Origin: Eledone cirrhosa
Lineage: Eukaryota
Length of the DNA stretch: 64,000 nt
Assembly: GCA_964016885.1 (NCBI GenBank)
Contig: OZ024740.1
Span: 284,890,001 to 284,954,000, forward strand
Reading direction: 5' to 3'
The position numbers were made by a program, and so were the translations under genes. The notes under the pieces are model-generated. The model made no database searches, was not told the DNA's origin, and saw only the letters and a list, made by a program, of their open reading frames with translations. Within the stretch, counting starts at the first letter, position 1. Every line of letters begins with the position of its first letter. Below are positions 27,041 to 41,261 of the stretch, in pieces.

Positions 27041-27569
27041 AGGCATCATCATCATTTCATTTTATGTCCGCTTTTCCCTGCTTGCAAGGGTGGGACAGGG
27101 ACTGATTCTGGCTTGATTTCTACAGCTGGATGCCCTCCCTAACACCAACCTCATTTACAGTGAGTGCTGGGTGCTTTTTTTCTGTGGCGCCTCGACGTCC
27201 ACTTTAGTGTGGGCTGGGTGCTTTTTTGCTGTGGCACCTTCACGACCACTTTGCAGTGGAATGATAGGCACCCCAGTCCCTATCATCTCATTTCTACAGC
27301 TGAGTAAACTGGAGCAATGTGAAATAAAGTGTCTTGCTCGAGGAAACAACACATCACCCGGTCTGAGAATTGAACTCACAACCTTTTGATTGCAAGGCCA
27401 ATGCTCTAACCACTAAGCCATGTGCCTCCATCATATAAATTTACATCTGAACCCACCAACCAAGCATTTACAAGTCCCATTGTAACCAAAGCTATGCATC
27501 AACAATTAGGATGTATTGGCATGAAAATGAAGGATAAAATTGTCATTTTTTAATCTATGTATGCAATTT

Positions 27570-28470
27570 TAAAATAAATAATGTTCTCCAAGGCATAGTT
27601 CTTATAGCTGAATCTGTGAAGGACCAACAAAAGAAGTTCTTGTGGAAACAAAAATTAGAATCAAATGCTCTCATGTCATGAGTAAATTTAGTACAAACCA
27701 AAGCTTTACTAATTTAGAGTGAAGACTGATACGGTCAAGAAAATGTCCATACTCAATATACAGAGGAGTTGGTAGGAAACAATGTACACAATGAAAATTA
27801 TAGGTACACAAGAGGTGTAGTGGGATAGCAGGCAGGCTAACAGAAATGATAGACTTTGTATATGGCAAATGCACAGGGATAGTTGGTAGTAAGAGCACCA
27901 GTGAAATAAACTTTGTCCAATCCTGGGAAAATATCACAGAAATAGTTAATAGTTTCTGTTACCCATGTAACTTAATAAACAGTAGATGAGGTTGTTCCGA
28001 AGGAATATTAGCAAGAAAAAGAACAGAATGGAAAACATTTAGGGAACTACTACTTCAGTTGAAAACAAAGGGACTTTCTCTGTGAGCGAAGGTTAGATTG
28101 TATGATACCTGCATGAAAAGTACAATATTGCATGGTAATGAATTAGGAGGGGAAATGCAGAAGACATATGGAGGTTGGAAAGAAATGAAGCGAGCATTCT
28201 TTGTTGGATGTGTAATGTTTGTGTGCGTGACCAACGAACCATGGATGAGCTGAGAAAAGAAATTGGGTATAAGAGGAAAAAGATGTATGCAAGAGAAAAG
28301 ACTGTGCTGCATATGGATGATGAACTTTGGGTGAAAAATGCCAAGAAATATCAGTGGAAGGAAGCTGCAGTAAAAGATGACCTGAGCAGAAGTGATTTCA
28401 AAATATTGAACATCACATAGCTGAAGAAGCAACCTAAGCAATCATGCAAAAAATGGACATATGATGGTGA
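27570..28470 (+). mobile_element. Old RTE LINE fragment
   Basis: Degenerate LIAES..LES, VHKRCSGIAG and ERNEASILCWMC segments. Confidence 0.75.
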
Positions 28471-30899
28471 GGTAAAGAAAGAAAGTTAAAAAGTTCATCT
28501 CCCATCCCAGGCGTCCCATCATGTCACTGGAAAAGACATTTAACTTGCAGTGTCACAAACCTCCTTGCTTGTTTAGCTCCAGTTCAGCCCTGATCAAAGC
28601 TGAAGAGCTTTTATCCAGGACTATCCTATCTTTTTGTACAATATGTCTTTCCCTTTTTAGGACAATAGGGTATGATATGAAGAAGATTTAGTTGCTATTT
28701 CTAGGGGGGTGAGAAACCACATAAAAGTTCCCTTGTTAGTTTGCTATAACCGGCCTCATGAAAATGGACAGTTCACTATGCGAAGCAACAAAACTGACAG
28801 TAGATTCATTAGCTTCTTTCATTGAACTCAAATGCATTCATAAGTTTACAGAAAATGACAGGAACAAACCTTTCTAGAATAGCTTAGTTCAAAAGCTCCT
28901 ACGTGATGCAATACATTGAAAATACTTTTGTATGACCTGTCAATTTCCTTGAATCAGTGTAACAAATAAATAAATTCCAAGAAATGCATAAAATATTCCG
29001 ATAAGTAAACTTAGTTGTTGATAAGAGGTAACTGCCAAAGACAATAATGAGTAATTTTGACAAGATAAATTACACTTATTTGTTGTTAACTATTGGGTTG
29101 GGTGTTAAATTTCAAGAGGTATAAAACAAAACAATAGGCTACATGTAAACACATAGCCTTTTGCACCGGCCACCTCTCTTTTACTGTAAATTTTTATGTT
29201 AGTAAAGGGCAGGTATATTCATTATGTACCCCAGAAGATAGAAAAGTAATGTTAACATAATAAAATCTGAGTAGTTATTTCAAAGACTTGACTAATTAGC
29301 TCTGGGTATATCTGATACGAACAGATATGTAAAATGCAGTGGATGCTTCCTTTTTTCTTTCTTTTTCTAATTTAGGACCACATATTTCTCAAAGAATTAG
29401 TTATATTTAATTAACATAAAAATATTTTAGTCTGGTACGATATTGAATTTCCAGTAGTAGTGTGAAACCTATTATAAAGTAGACAGAAACATGTTTTTTT
29501 TATTGTATTGTTTCTTCTCACAGAGTATGCACAACCGTGTGTGTGTGTGCAAACAGATAGATAGACAACAACTTAAACATGCCACACTCACACGCAGGAA
29601 ACAAAAATACAGAGAATTACATACAAGACTTCCACGAAATTTGCAGTTTACTGAGAAGATAGAGGAAATAAAGCAAATGCACAAACATACTTAGATCACT
29701 CACATGCCACACATTTGACTAACAGTATGATAAAACCCCAATAGTCATATACAGACAATATATATCAGATATATCATAAATTATGCTAGCCCTGCCTGGG
29801 CTCCAAATATTATTACAACATACCACAATCAAGTATAAAGAACACAACACAATACACTTTACATTAACACAGGTTCCACAGAGACCAAACCCAAAGATCA
29901 CCTACAAAACAAAAACTCCAGCCTCTGCCACAACTTGCAATCACTCCCCACCTCAAATGACTTGAACCGCAAAACTTAGAATCCTCAAAACAATATCTCT
30001 CTCACTCAGCCCAGACAAGCATAAACTGCCATGCCACAACTTTTCATCAAATGACCTTTCATTGCATGACCTTTTATTTAAGTAGCCTCTCCTACCTGTA
30101 GTGGTTTCACAAACTAAGTCCCATAGATTGCAGATAATTCATCAACAGCATAATCCACTTACAATGTTCTTATTTATTTACTGCAATGTAGTGGCTTTTT
30201 TATTGAAACTGCTTTAAATATTTAATTTTATAGAAGAATATTTTTTATCAGTTTGCTTCATGTAATATATTCTTTCACATACATTCTTGTTTATTTAAAC
30301 TCTGTCTAATGAGATTATCATGTCTTTGACATCACAAACTGTCATTTATACCCCATGTACTAGACATAATTAACTGCATGAACTGTTTGTTTATTTAACT
30401 ATTTAAAGTTCTTTTATTGTTTTGTTATTTGTTTAATTAAATTTTCAGATAGAAATTCCATTTTTATTGTATACTAAAAATTATTCGATATATTAATTTC
30501 TTCTAAGGTTGAGAGGACCCTTCAGTTATACTAAAGACATGATAATCTCATTAGTGTTGGTGATCTACATTATAAACACACCCAGTAGATACTATAAAGT
30601 GGTTGGTAGTAGGAAGGGTATCTAGCTGTAGAAAACTTGTCAAACAAAGAGCTAGAAAGCCCCTTCAGTGAGTCAAAACATGAAAACCTCCTGAGTGCTA
30701 GTGCTCCGATAAAATGCATGAGACTGTATGTAAGTCAGAATCTGGGCCTCCGGTCTGTTTGGGAAGTTAGTAGAGTCGCTTCGGTACTGACTTAGTCTGT
30801 GAAGATTCATCCAACCTTTGCTAGTAGGGAAAGAGGATATTAAGCTGTGCTATAATTAAAATTCCTCTTTTCTCCTACTCAAAACTGTTCTGTTAGAGA

Positions 30900-31820
30900 A
30901 TGGGTTGCTTGTGATGGATAACAATACAACCACCAGATTTGATGGCTACTGCCAAATGAATAAGCAGTCCTGGACCAACAGCAATAAACTACTAGGGGAG
31001 ATAGAGGAATGGGTGACACTATTAGCTCCCAAGAAAACTCTCACAACCCTGTGATGCAGCTACAATGAGATGAGTAAAGGCCACCTCTAAAAAACCAGTC
31101 TGCACGGGTCTGGGAAAAGTACCAAATTGACTGGCGCAAATGAGATCACCAAAGCATTGCAATATGGCTAGACACACAAAGGCAGTCATACTCCATCATC
31201 CATCACATGGGATAACAAGGGATGCATTCAGGCCTTAGGTGGAGAAGCCTGTTTGAAAAATATATTGCAGTCTCCATCCAATTCTGCAAGAACTAGCGAT
31301 GGGCCTACGACCTGTTCTGGGAGGCATAGGATGGAAGCACAAAGGTTACATATCCCAAGACCCCAGAGAAAGTCTGGAAGGTAGCAAACCTTGACAATTG
31401 GTAACTGGAACATTACAACCCTTACAGGCAAGGAGCAGGAATTAGTGGAAGAGGCCAGATGCTACCGGCTAGATATAGTCAAAGTTTGTTCAACAAAGTT
31501 CCATGACTCCGGTACTTTGAATGGAAAGTCCACTATTCAGGTGTGGTGCCAGAAAAGACTGCACAGGCAGGAGTGGGGATACTCACAAGTCACCAACTAT
31601 CAGAATGTGTTATGGACTGGATCCCATAGGGAGGGAGGATTTGCCTCTTGAAGCCTAAGCTGAAAGAAAGGTTTCTGAGGGTGGTGTGAATTTATGTGCT
31701 AAACAGAAAGCCCGAATACAGATCCATCCTTGATGAAGTCACTGCAGTGTTAGATGTAGTTAAGACTTCAATGCACACATTGGCACTGACTACCTGACAT
31801 AGAAAGGAGTGATTGGAAGG
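30900..31820 (+). mobile_element. 5' part of a different RTE family (Expander/Rex3-like endonuclease)
   Basis: LTIGNWNITTLTGKEQELVEEARCYRLDIV resembles the GTWNVTSLxGKEPELVxEVERYRLDIV start of Expander/Rex3 APE. DFNAHIG remnant near 31765. Confidence 0.75.
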
Positions 31821-31932
31821 AATGACGATCCCAATCATATAAATAAAATTATTTTATAAAATAATGTTTTTAAAATCATTCTATTAAAAGCTGTTTCAAT
31901 AAAAGAAGTTCGATAAAAGTTGTTTCGATAAA

Positions 31933-32045
31933 ATGTCTACCAAATTTCACTCACAAGATATTGGTCAGTCCGAGGCTATTGTAAAAGACACTTGCTCAAG
32001 GTTCCACACAGAAGGGTTGAATCCCAAAGCACATGGTTGTAAAGG
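31933..32045 (-). mobile_element. SINE family 3 fragment (related pieces at 15135-15250, 21995-22127, 44350-44475)
   Basis: Shared CATGGTT..GGTTCAATCC..CTTGAGCAAGTGTCTT..GACCAA..TTGTGAGTGAAATTTGGTAGAC. Confidence 0.65.
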
Positions 32046-32365
32046 GAACCACACACATACACACACAAACATATGAGACAGATTGGTAGTCGTTAGAACA
32101 TCGGATAAAATGTTTTATGATATTTGTTCCGGCTCTGCTCTCTGAGTTCAAATCCACCAGGGTTGACTTTGCCTTTCCTCCTTTCGATGTCGATAAAAAA
32201 AAAAAGTACCAATCTAGTACTGGGCTTGATTCTTCCCCTCTCTGGAAGAAATTTGCTGTACTCAGACCTGGAGAGAGATGGGCACCACCAGGCTTAAAAT
32301 GCCCAAGAAATGCTGTATGTCAATATGGTGCCCCTACAACCCAATCAGGACTTAAGTGATCATAC

Positions 32366-32398
<33 letters not shown>

Positions 32399-32459
32399 AG
32401 TTTACTTGTGATCCCACTTCACCAATGTGCTCTCATAGTTTACAGTAGATACATATACT

Positions 32460-33060
32460 TCTTTTCTATATGTTGAATATGACCACTTCCCAGATGTAAA
32501 TCTTTTAACAGATTCAGCTTTGAGAACTAGGTCTTAAGCTCCTCTGTTATGGCCAGGAAAACTATAATTTAAAAAAATGGGGAGAGTGAGAGCTGGGCTT
32601 TAATGGAGAGCTACCTGTATGTGAAATACTTTGCTCAACTTGTTGGTAACTCTCAGTTTGGTGACAGCATCTCTGTACAATTCTCACAAGCCATCATCTA
32701 CAGCTACTCTTCTGAAAAAGATCACCAGACTAAAGAGCATGGTAACCTGTCTAAAGCCTTCTTCAAATCAACAAATACTAGGTATGGTGGCTTATTCAGC
32801 TAAGAAATTATTTTATAGTTGTCTCACTACTAAGAGACATCAGTGGTACGCCATTTTGGCAAAATTTCAAACTGCATCTCATTTAATTTTCTTCCTAATC
32901 ACTTGTGCTCTTTGTTTCTTGCATATGTGGTCTATTAGTTTGATATCATCACTTTAGAAGCTTCTTAGAGCATGTCCTTTGCTCTTATAGCAGTTGATGA
33001 TGGATGATATTACAATGCCAGTCAATGGATATGACTCCTCTCTGCTTTACCTGACTATGT
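32460..33060 (-). mobile_element. Highly decayed RTE RT fragment
   Basis: Minus strand reads ..VFVDLKKALDRLP.. and has MQFEILP..GVP-like RT remnants. Confidence 0.6.
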
Positions 33061-34825
33061 GGCCCTATTTCACCAGATATTTTGACCATCTCAAAGATTT
33101 TATTTTGGCTAGATCTGGAGGAAGGGCTGTGCCCATGACTTTTGCATGCCCTCCAAAACTAACAAGATTGATGCTGTTGATGTTTAGTTTAAATTGTTGT
33201 AGGTCAAATTGTGCTGGTACAATATATTCAGGGAGAGAATTCCAGATAAAGGACTAGGAATAGTGGTCAGTACAGTGTCTGGGAAGGGTGTGTAGACATA
33301 ATATAAGTAATGAGAGAGGGAGAGACAAGTGAGGCAAAAGTGCTTGAGAAGAGGGTAGCATGGAGTCAGCCAGGTCTGAGGAGACAGAATGTCTGTGGGC
33401 CAGAAGCTGGAGTATGTCTGTCAGTAACTTTATAATGTAATGGAAGTGAAAATGATCAGAGAGCAAAAGATTTATTATGTTTTGTGTAATAAATATTAAC
33501 ATTAACTGATCAATATATATGGACATATTCACACAAACACACACACACAAAAACACAAACACACACATGTATATGTTTGTATGAAAATGTCTGTTGTTGA
33601 AGCCACAATGCTCATACATAGTTGAAATTGTCACAAAGGATGTTTATTTTCATGCTAACATTTAGATGTGAGCTCATACATTTTGTTTAGCATTTTAAAC
33701 GTTAAGTTTGTGTTAGGTTATATTTTCTAGTTAAACCCAGTAGATTCATTTATTAACAGAGTTGCATTTTCAACAACTGACTATTGAAATTTGATATTTT
33801 CATCTCGTTTTTTCCCTTAGATTTTTGACATATTGGAAAAAGTCAAGTGTTATTTCATTTGTTTCTATGTCTAAAGGAGGAGATGTATTGAGAATTTCAT
33901 TCATAGAATGAATTTTGGGTTAGACAGATATAGCTCTTCTCTCAACTGACTAAGATACCTTGACCTACTGAATCACTGTAATCTTTGTAGTTGTGTATAT
34001 CATGTGTTTTCGCATGGTTTTTATAGCTGGATATCCTTGCTATTGCCTTTACAGCAGAAGGCCAGTTCATTTTATATCACTGACACTAGAGAGGTTATAT
34101 GACAGGTCTAAAGAGTATTAATTATTGTTCATAGTTAATGCTCTGGTATAATGTGTTTGTTCTGAGATTCCAATTCCAGGGATAGATTGCTTTCACTATG
34201 ACTGAAAAGCTACAGTTCAGTTACTAAAAATAACAGAGAATAAAGATTGTTTGCATGATTTAGAGGTCCTTACTTTTATGCAGAGGGGCATAAAAGTTAT
34301 TTTCATTACGCAGTTAGAGAAAAAGAGTTTAGTTTAACAATCTGGGGCCAGATTGAAATTATATTATGTTACAAGCATTCAGATCAGGTTTCAGGCCTGA
34401 GGATAATTCAAAATCTTGATATGCTGCTTCCTAGTGCAGCATCTATTCTATTTGTTAGAAGGTGCAACTGTTATCCAGTGGAGGTCTACCACAAAGTAAG
34501 ACCTATTTGCTGGTAACTATCATCCACTATGAACTTCTTATAAATATCAAAGTAGTGGTTAGCAGCAACCCAAGAATTGTCATTTCTTCATTTTCACTAA
34601 CCAGTTTAGGGGTCCTGCAAAAGGCTATGCCATTCCTCTTTTATCTAAGCCATAAAAAGGGTGAAATGAAATACGAAAAAAATCCAAACTTATCTCTCCT
34701 TTAATATGTCAGCCTTTCATTTTAAATTAAAGTTAAAAATAAAATAAATCTTTATAAAAGGTGGAAGAATGATAGAGTACAGTAGTTTAGATGAGTAAAT
34801 AAATGAAGTGTTAATAACTGTTATA

Positions 34826-35058
34826 TTAACCCTTTTGTAACCATATTTTTAACAAAATATACTATGTACATGTTTCAATTAATTTTGAAAATAATCAAGA
34901 ATTTGGAGCGGCTTAGTAAAATAACTACTGTAATCATTATTAAGCAATTTTTTGGACATATAACTTAACAGGAGGTTTTTACATAAAATTATGATGAGAG
35001 ATTTCAATTTAAATATGAACTCATTGTTTTCAGATGGACTGGTATCAAAAAGGGTTAA
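34826..35058. mobile_element. piggyBac-type MITE family B (older copies at 46105-46313 and 61290-61532)
   Basis: TTAA-CCCTTTTGTAACC ... GGTATCAAAAAGGG-TTAA; related interiors in the other copies. Confidence 0.75.
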
Positions 35059-35967
35059 TATCACGAATTTTTAAGACAAATATTTTAATATGAGAAATGA
35101 ATGAAAAAGTCTGTCATTGCAGTTATGCAAAGCATGCCTTACAAAATATTATATTTAACTACAAATTAAGGATTCAGTTCTGAAATAAAAAGAAATCCTA
35201 TTAGTGCTTTAGGAAGAAAGGGAAAATATTTCTGGTAGTAGAATGATTCTATGTGACATACATACCTTCATCTAAAGTATGATCCTCCGCTGGAGAAGAA
35301 TAAATGAAAGATAATGAAAACTGATGTCTCTTAAACTGACAATAATTGGAAAACAAAATAGTTATACATAAAACCCTACCAATGAATATTTATTATTCAA
35401 GCCAATATAATACCAAAGACAGAATTTTGGGGTTTGTTGCGATCACATTTCTGAGTAATAAGCTATGTTCATTCGCTCTAAACCTTTTAATGGCAATTGA
35501 GGCTTGTAAGGTAATAATTTCTTTTCTAAAAGACGACTATATGAAAATTCTTAACTGTTCCAATCAAATTACAAATGAATATATTATTTTAAAATATTTC
35601 ATGAACTCTCATGAAATACCATTTTTGGCAACTATAATGGCTATTTCAGATCAGATTACAAACAAGAAAATATGATTTTTAAGATCAGAAATTTAAGTGT
35701 GAGAAAGTTGGTTATTCCTTTAGCTCATGTGAAGAAGAAAATCAAAAATAAATAATAAACTGAACCCTGAAAACAAAAAATCTGAAGATTTTTGCAAGAT
35801 TCATGTTCATCTGGTTTTCTGGTTAACTCTTCCACATGCATTCCTCTTTTAATATATGGTGTCACATTTCTAAAATCAAATAATGCAGTACTGCCATTTA
35901 ACATGAGAAGCTCTTAAACTACTGGAAACAGATCTCTAAACACTCCCAGTAAACAACATTATATCTA

Positions 35968-36290
35968 CTAGCAGAAAAACCACCCTTCGGGTGGTTTTCT
36001 GCTAGCACGTGTAGTGTGTATATTGATATTATACACAAGTATATATGCATGTAGATATGATACATCAAATAAAATCGTAATTGACAATATACACAGAAAT
36101 TGAACGAAGACTGCGTTACACTGTCTTAGGTAATCAGTAATGTAATCCATGATACATTAAAAAAAGACTATATTATATATAAACTGTATTAGGAGAAAAT
36201 TAGTGACAGAAATATATGAATGTTTATTTAAGCGATCGCTAACCGGAAGTGTTGATATTTGAAAATTTTAAAGAAGTGAATCTTAAAATA
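35968..36290 (-). mobile_element. Probable Helitron 3' end fragment
   Basis: Hairpin CCACCCGAAGGGTGG followed by CTAG|T on the minus strand. The GATCGCTAA...GAAAATTT segment is loosely shared with 47050-47100. 5' end not defined. Confidence 0.5.
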
Positions 36291-36362
36291 AGCAACAAAA
36301 TTATTTATATTTAATCAAGAATAAAGAAATTTAGTAGATAAATTATGGAATATTCATTCATT

Positions 36363-36460
36363 AGGTTGACTTTGCCTTTCATCCTTACGGGGTCGATAAA
36401 ATAAAGTACCAGTAATGTACTGGATAATTGCTGGCCTTGTGCCTAAAGTAGAAACAATTA
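36363..36460 (+). mobile_element. SINE family 1, 5'-truncated
   Basis: 3' half of the consensus, ending GAAACAATTATTT. Confidence 0.85.
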
Positions 36461-37353
36461 TTTATTCAAAGTAATCCAACTTATTTTACAAATGGGATAA
36501 AAAAATATATTCTGGATGCAGTCCCGCACTCCTTACTTTATTATAGTTTACATGTTGATAGCTTTTGGAAACAAACTGTTGCCAGAAAGTGCAATAAAAA
36601 AGATTTCTTTGCAAGGTTGTTGAAAATCCTGTGCTAGGTGCAAAACTCAGTTGATTTATAATGATGCACTCTTAACTGCCACAATGTGAGCTGTATCCTA
36701 TGATTTATCCACCTTGTCTTATTTCTTCTCTCTTTTCTGACATACATATCATGAATTGTAACATGAAAATAAAAGAGAGAATCTACTAAAAATCTGACCA
36801 TCTGCTTAGGTGACTTCTATAGCAAATGGTAATGTGGAGATTGAATTGTGATGAGGTATTTGCAAAGTAGATGTATTAACCTATCCCAGGAATAAACAAT
36901 TTTGAGGGACAATCTAAAAAAAAAATACACCATACAATATAATTAAAATTCAGCATAGACAAGGAAATACTAAGACAAAAATAATGAACTAAAGTAAAGA
37001 AACTGGTAAACATTGGTATCTAACATAAATCCCCAAATTTATTGTCTCCCTTTTTACCAGCAACACCAGAGAGTATCAATTGCAACCAGTTATCACATTC
37101 AACAACAGTACCAAGAATCACATATAGAAGACATAGTAAAGAAAACAAAATGACACCCAATATAGAGTAGTTATAAACACCACATATTTAGCCAACACAT
37201 GAAAGATGTAGAGTTCAATTCTCTGTTTACTTTTTTTCCATGTCTAGGGGAACTTTACTTGATTTTCTCAACTATCATTTATAGTGATTGACTATTATTA
37301 AGGTCATTTGCGTTGGAACACACATTTAAAATTTCCCATTTTCCCAATGCTTC

Positions 37354-37712
37354 TTAACCCTTTAGCATTTATACCGGCCGTATCTGGCCAGAATTCTCTC
37401 ACCTCTTTCAGTTCAAACCAGCTGTAACTGGCTGCTCATACTGATGTTACGGTATTATTCTCAAAATAAATAATTGTTTCTACTTTAGGCACAAGGCCAG
37501 CAATTATACCAGTGCATTACTGGAACTTTATTTTATCGACCCTGTAAGGATGAAAGGCAAAGTTAACCTCGGCGGGATTTGAACTCAGAATGGAACTCAA
37601 AATAAATAATATCAAAATCTCAGATTCAATATTATGATAATTATGTGAGATAAAGCCTTTACCATGAAAATATAATGGTATATAAAGAGCAATGTAAATG
37701 CTAAAGGGTTAA
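37354..37712. mobile_element. piggyBac-type MITE family A with nested SINE
   Basis: TTAA-CCCTTTAGCATTTA ... TAAATGCTAAAGGG-TTAA. Confidence 0.88.
37475..37595 (-). mobile_element. SINE family 1, 5'-truncated, nested in MITE
   Basis: Perfect 15-bp TSD CTCAAAATAAATAAT at 37460-37474 and 37596-37610. Confidence 0.9.
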
Positions 37713-37907
37713 GTCAACCACATTATTCAAATTAACTTTATATCTTGAGAAATCTCACGAAAGATGAAAGCAAAGAATTCAAATTATAAACAATGTTTTA
37801 ATACTATAATTTTTTAATTCAAGTTATAAACATTGTTTTATTACTTCTGGCAATGACAACTTATTAATATATTAACTTATGCTAGTGTGGAAAATGGACG
37901 CAAATGA

Positions 37908-37951
<44 letters not shown>

Positions 37952-38908
37952 ACACACACATTTCTGGAAAGTATGGAGCCAAAACAGAAGTTATTTGGAA
38001 ATATGCAGTACAATTCAATGAAATCAGACTGTTTTGAAATCAATACTGAATGTTCTTTTTTTATCTAGTGTTATTGACATTCTACTACAGAGACTAAACA
38101 GCTTTTATAGTATTTATTTAACAATCACTTCTATCCCTTCTCTGTCCTTATTCTTAATGAATATATCTATGTTTCTACTCTGTAACATCTTGAATGGTTC
38201 TCATGATATGTTTTACTATTCCAAGCACTTCTTGCTGCTTATTTTTGCTAACCTATTGAAAACAACATGTAAACTGGGCATCCTACATTACTATTATGTT
38301 CAATAAGTTACATCTGTACCAAGGCTTCATGTTCAGCACATTACCAATTTACATTTTCTCACTGTCAAATATAACATTCTTACTGTTTCTCTCTTTCCCA
38401 CTCTCCTCTTTCACATACACACACACATATTAATACTTTTATTTGCTTGTTTACTCAACAATATTACATCAGTCATCATCTAGTATAATCGTTTATTTAT
38501 ATATCCATCTTGAAGGCTTCAAATGGGTGTTCATAATTAATATTCCACTATTTTTTTAAATTTGAAAAAGAAAAGAAATTTGCTATTTTCAGTCTGTATA
38601 AGCCTCTACTATATGTTTAGACATAAAACCTTGAAATTATAATATGGAGAAAATTGGGGAAGTATTTCCATCTTCATCATTATTATCATCATTTAAAGTC
38701 TGCTTTCCAGGCTGGCATAGTTTGAATGATCCGTTACAGATCAAGTCAGTTCTCATTCAGAATTATTGCCTTACTTAGTTTTTTTTCTGTTCAATTGCCA
38801 ATCACTGTCTTGTCCTTTGCAAGTCTAAAAGGTCCTCATTAACAAAATAATATCACAGTTTTAACCAAGGAATTGGAGCTGAGTCCCATACTCAGTTCAT
38901 TGAAGATA

Positions 38909-41261
38909 TCTTTCTTTATTTGCCACAGGGGTGTACAAAAATGGGACATTACAAGGGGTTTTACATAAAATGTTTAACAATGATAAATAACAATAAACTA
39001 TAAAAAAATAAAACAATTGAAATCCCCATTAGGGGGGGGGGGGGGTAATGCTACTGCGGGGTTGTTTTACACCCCGTGGATAGAACAACCCTCAACACCA
39101 GGAACACGTTTGTAGGTGTTCCCGTCTTCCCTCTGTTTATCTTCCTCAACCTACAGGTTTATATACAGAGAAGGCCCATTCACCCGGGCCATTTTCGCCA
39201 CATTCACCCACCTTTCAGCGAATTTACTGGGGTGTAGCACCTCTCTCTCCACTCTCACCTTCCTTCTGAAGTGCTACTTAAAGAAGGGGATGAGTTGTTG
39301 TCTGGAGAGAAAGGTGCTTGCCCTCAGTCCTTTTAACCTCATCCACCATATTACCTCTTTCGCCATAGCCACCAGACAGAGGAAGACCGCCTCTCCTTCA
39401 TTCTTAAATGAAGGCGGCGGGGTGATCCTCATGATGGACTCGGCTGACAACTGGATGCATCCTACATGTGACAGTAGCTGTTCGACATAATTCCACAGGT
39501 CGGTCACCCCTGAGTACTGAACAATTGCGTGCAGAACGGTTTCGATGTCATGCTCACATCTTGGACAGGTCCTTTTGGCAAGATCTCTGCCAGGGCGTCT
39601 GTGCCTGTAGATTTTGTCTTGAACTGGTAGAGCTCCTCGGTAGCACTGCCAGGCCAGAGACCTCTGGAAATTATCCATAGGCCCTGGACGGAAAGTCCTC
39701 CTGAACAGACTGCTCAGTTCGTCTTCCTCGATGCCTAGAGTTTCCCCGAGAATGTTGTCGCAGTTATCCTCCACTAATCCCCTATAAAATGTCGAAGTGG
39801 AGTCTCCGCTGATTGCCGTTTCCGCTTGGTAGAGGGCTGTGAGCACCTGAAGGCGCTCAAGGTGCCAGGCGCCCATTTTCGGTCTTCGCTTGACCCAGGG
39901 CTGCAGCTCTGTTAGTGAGACGAGTTGTGGAAGAGCTCGTCTCACAAATGACAGCCACACCGGTTCGCCGGTCAGGAACACCTCGAGATGGCGTAACCTC
40001 AGCGCGTGTTTGCGCATCATCAGCCACGGCATGCCCAGCCCTCCATTAGAAGGGTGTTGACAGCAGATGGATCTCCTCACCAATGCAGCCTGTTTCTTCC
40101 AGAGGAACTTGAAGAGTAGGCGTTCCATTTTGGGGAGGTATTCGTGGGGACAAGGCACAATTGTCAAGCAGTAGTAGATGACGGACGCTATGTAAGTGTT
40201 CGCCACCTCCGCTCGACCTTTCAAGGAGAATTTGCACTCATCCCACTTCTGGGTGAGTGCAAACACCTTCGCCATGACCTCATTCCAGTTCTTGTTCACC
40301 TGGGGGTCTGGACCAAACCAGACACCGAGCAATTTCACTGGTCCTTCCGTCCAGCGACACTGTCGGAAGGCATGGGTTTGCCTCTCCATGTGCCGAGTTG
40401 CAAACCGACAGACTTGTTTGGGTTTAGTCTTGCTCCTGTCAACGTTTCGTATTCCTGTAATAGGTTGCCGATTACCCCGATGTCCGAGGTTTTCGACACC
40501 ATTACGGTTATGTCGTCGACATAGGCTGACGCTGCTTTCCGCAGTCCTGGTTCGATCGGGATGCCCTGCAACAGCTCCAACTTCCGCAGTAATGGCTCGA
40601 GAGTCAGTACATACAGAATGGAGGAGAGAGGGCACCCCTGACGGATGGAACGCATGATTTGGAATGGCTCCGATAGGTAACCATTCACCTTGACTGCCGA
40701 GCAGATGCTGGTGTGCATGGCAGCGATCCAGCCTCTGAAGACGGGACCGAAGCCAGCCGCCTTGAGAACCGCTTCCAAGTATTGATGGTCGACCCTATCA
40801 AATGCCTTAGACTGATCTAAATTGATCAGAGCCCCACCAAAGCCAGGTTTACACCCTACCCTCTCTATGATGTATCGCATGAGGTGGAGGTTGTCGTGTA
40901 TTGACCTGGTGGGATTGCACACGTTTGCGCTTCCCCTACCAGGTTCTCGACAACAAGCACCAGCCTCGCTGCTAACACCTTGGCCAAAATCTTTAACTCT
41001 GTTTTGAGCAGAGTTATGGGCCTGAAATTGCTTATCTCATCCCCCTTGTTCTCATCTTTCCTGATCAGCGTTACTACAGAACTGGGAATCCTCCTGTTCT
41101 GCTGCCAGTTGCAGTAGACCACTTCGAGGACGCCAGAGAACAAGTCTGGCATGCCATTGCCACTTTTCGCCTCTGCCACTTGGGCCCAGCTAACAGCTTT
41201 GGTTCCCTCGTTTCTTAGAACACGTGTTCTACTTCTGACAATACAACCTTCGTGTTTCACG
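38909..41261 (-). mobile_element. 5'-truncated Tx1/L1-clade LINE ORF2 (RT + C-terminal Cys/His), frameshifted
   Basis: NFRPITLL, LDQSKAFDRVDH, IRQGCPLS, YVDD, GGLG and CPRC-x8-H. The 3' end is AATAAAGAAA. Candidate 9-bp TSD TTGAAGATA at 38900-38908 and 41262-41270. Confidence 0.9.

Noticed and set aside
35968-36005. Rho-independent terminator
   Set aside because: Animal intron with no bacterial genes nearby; a Helitron-type end explains it better.
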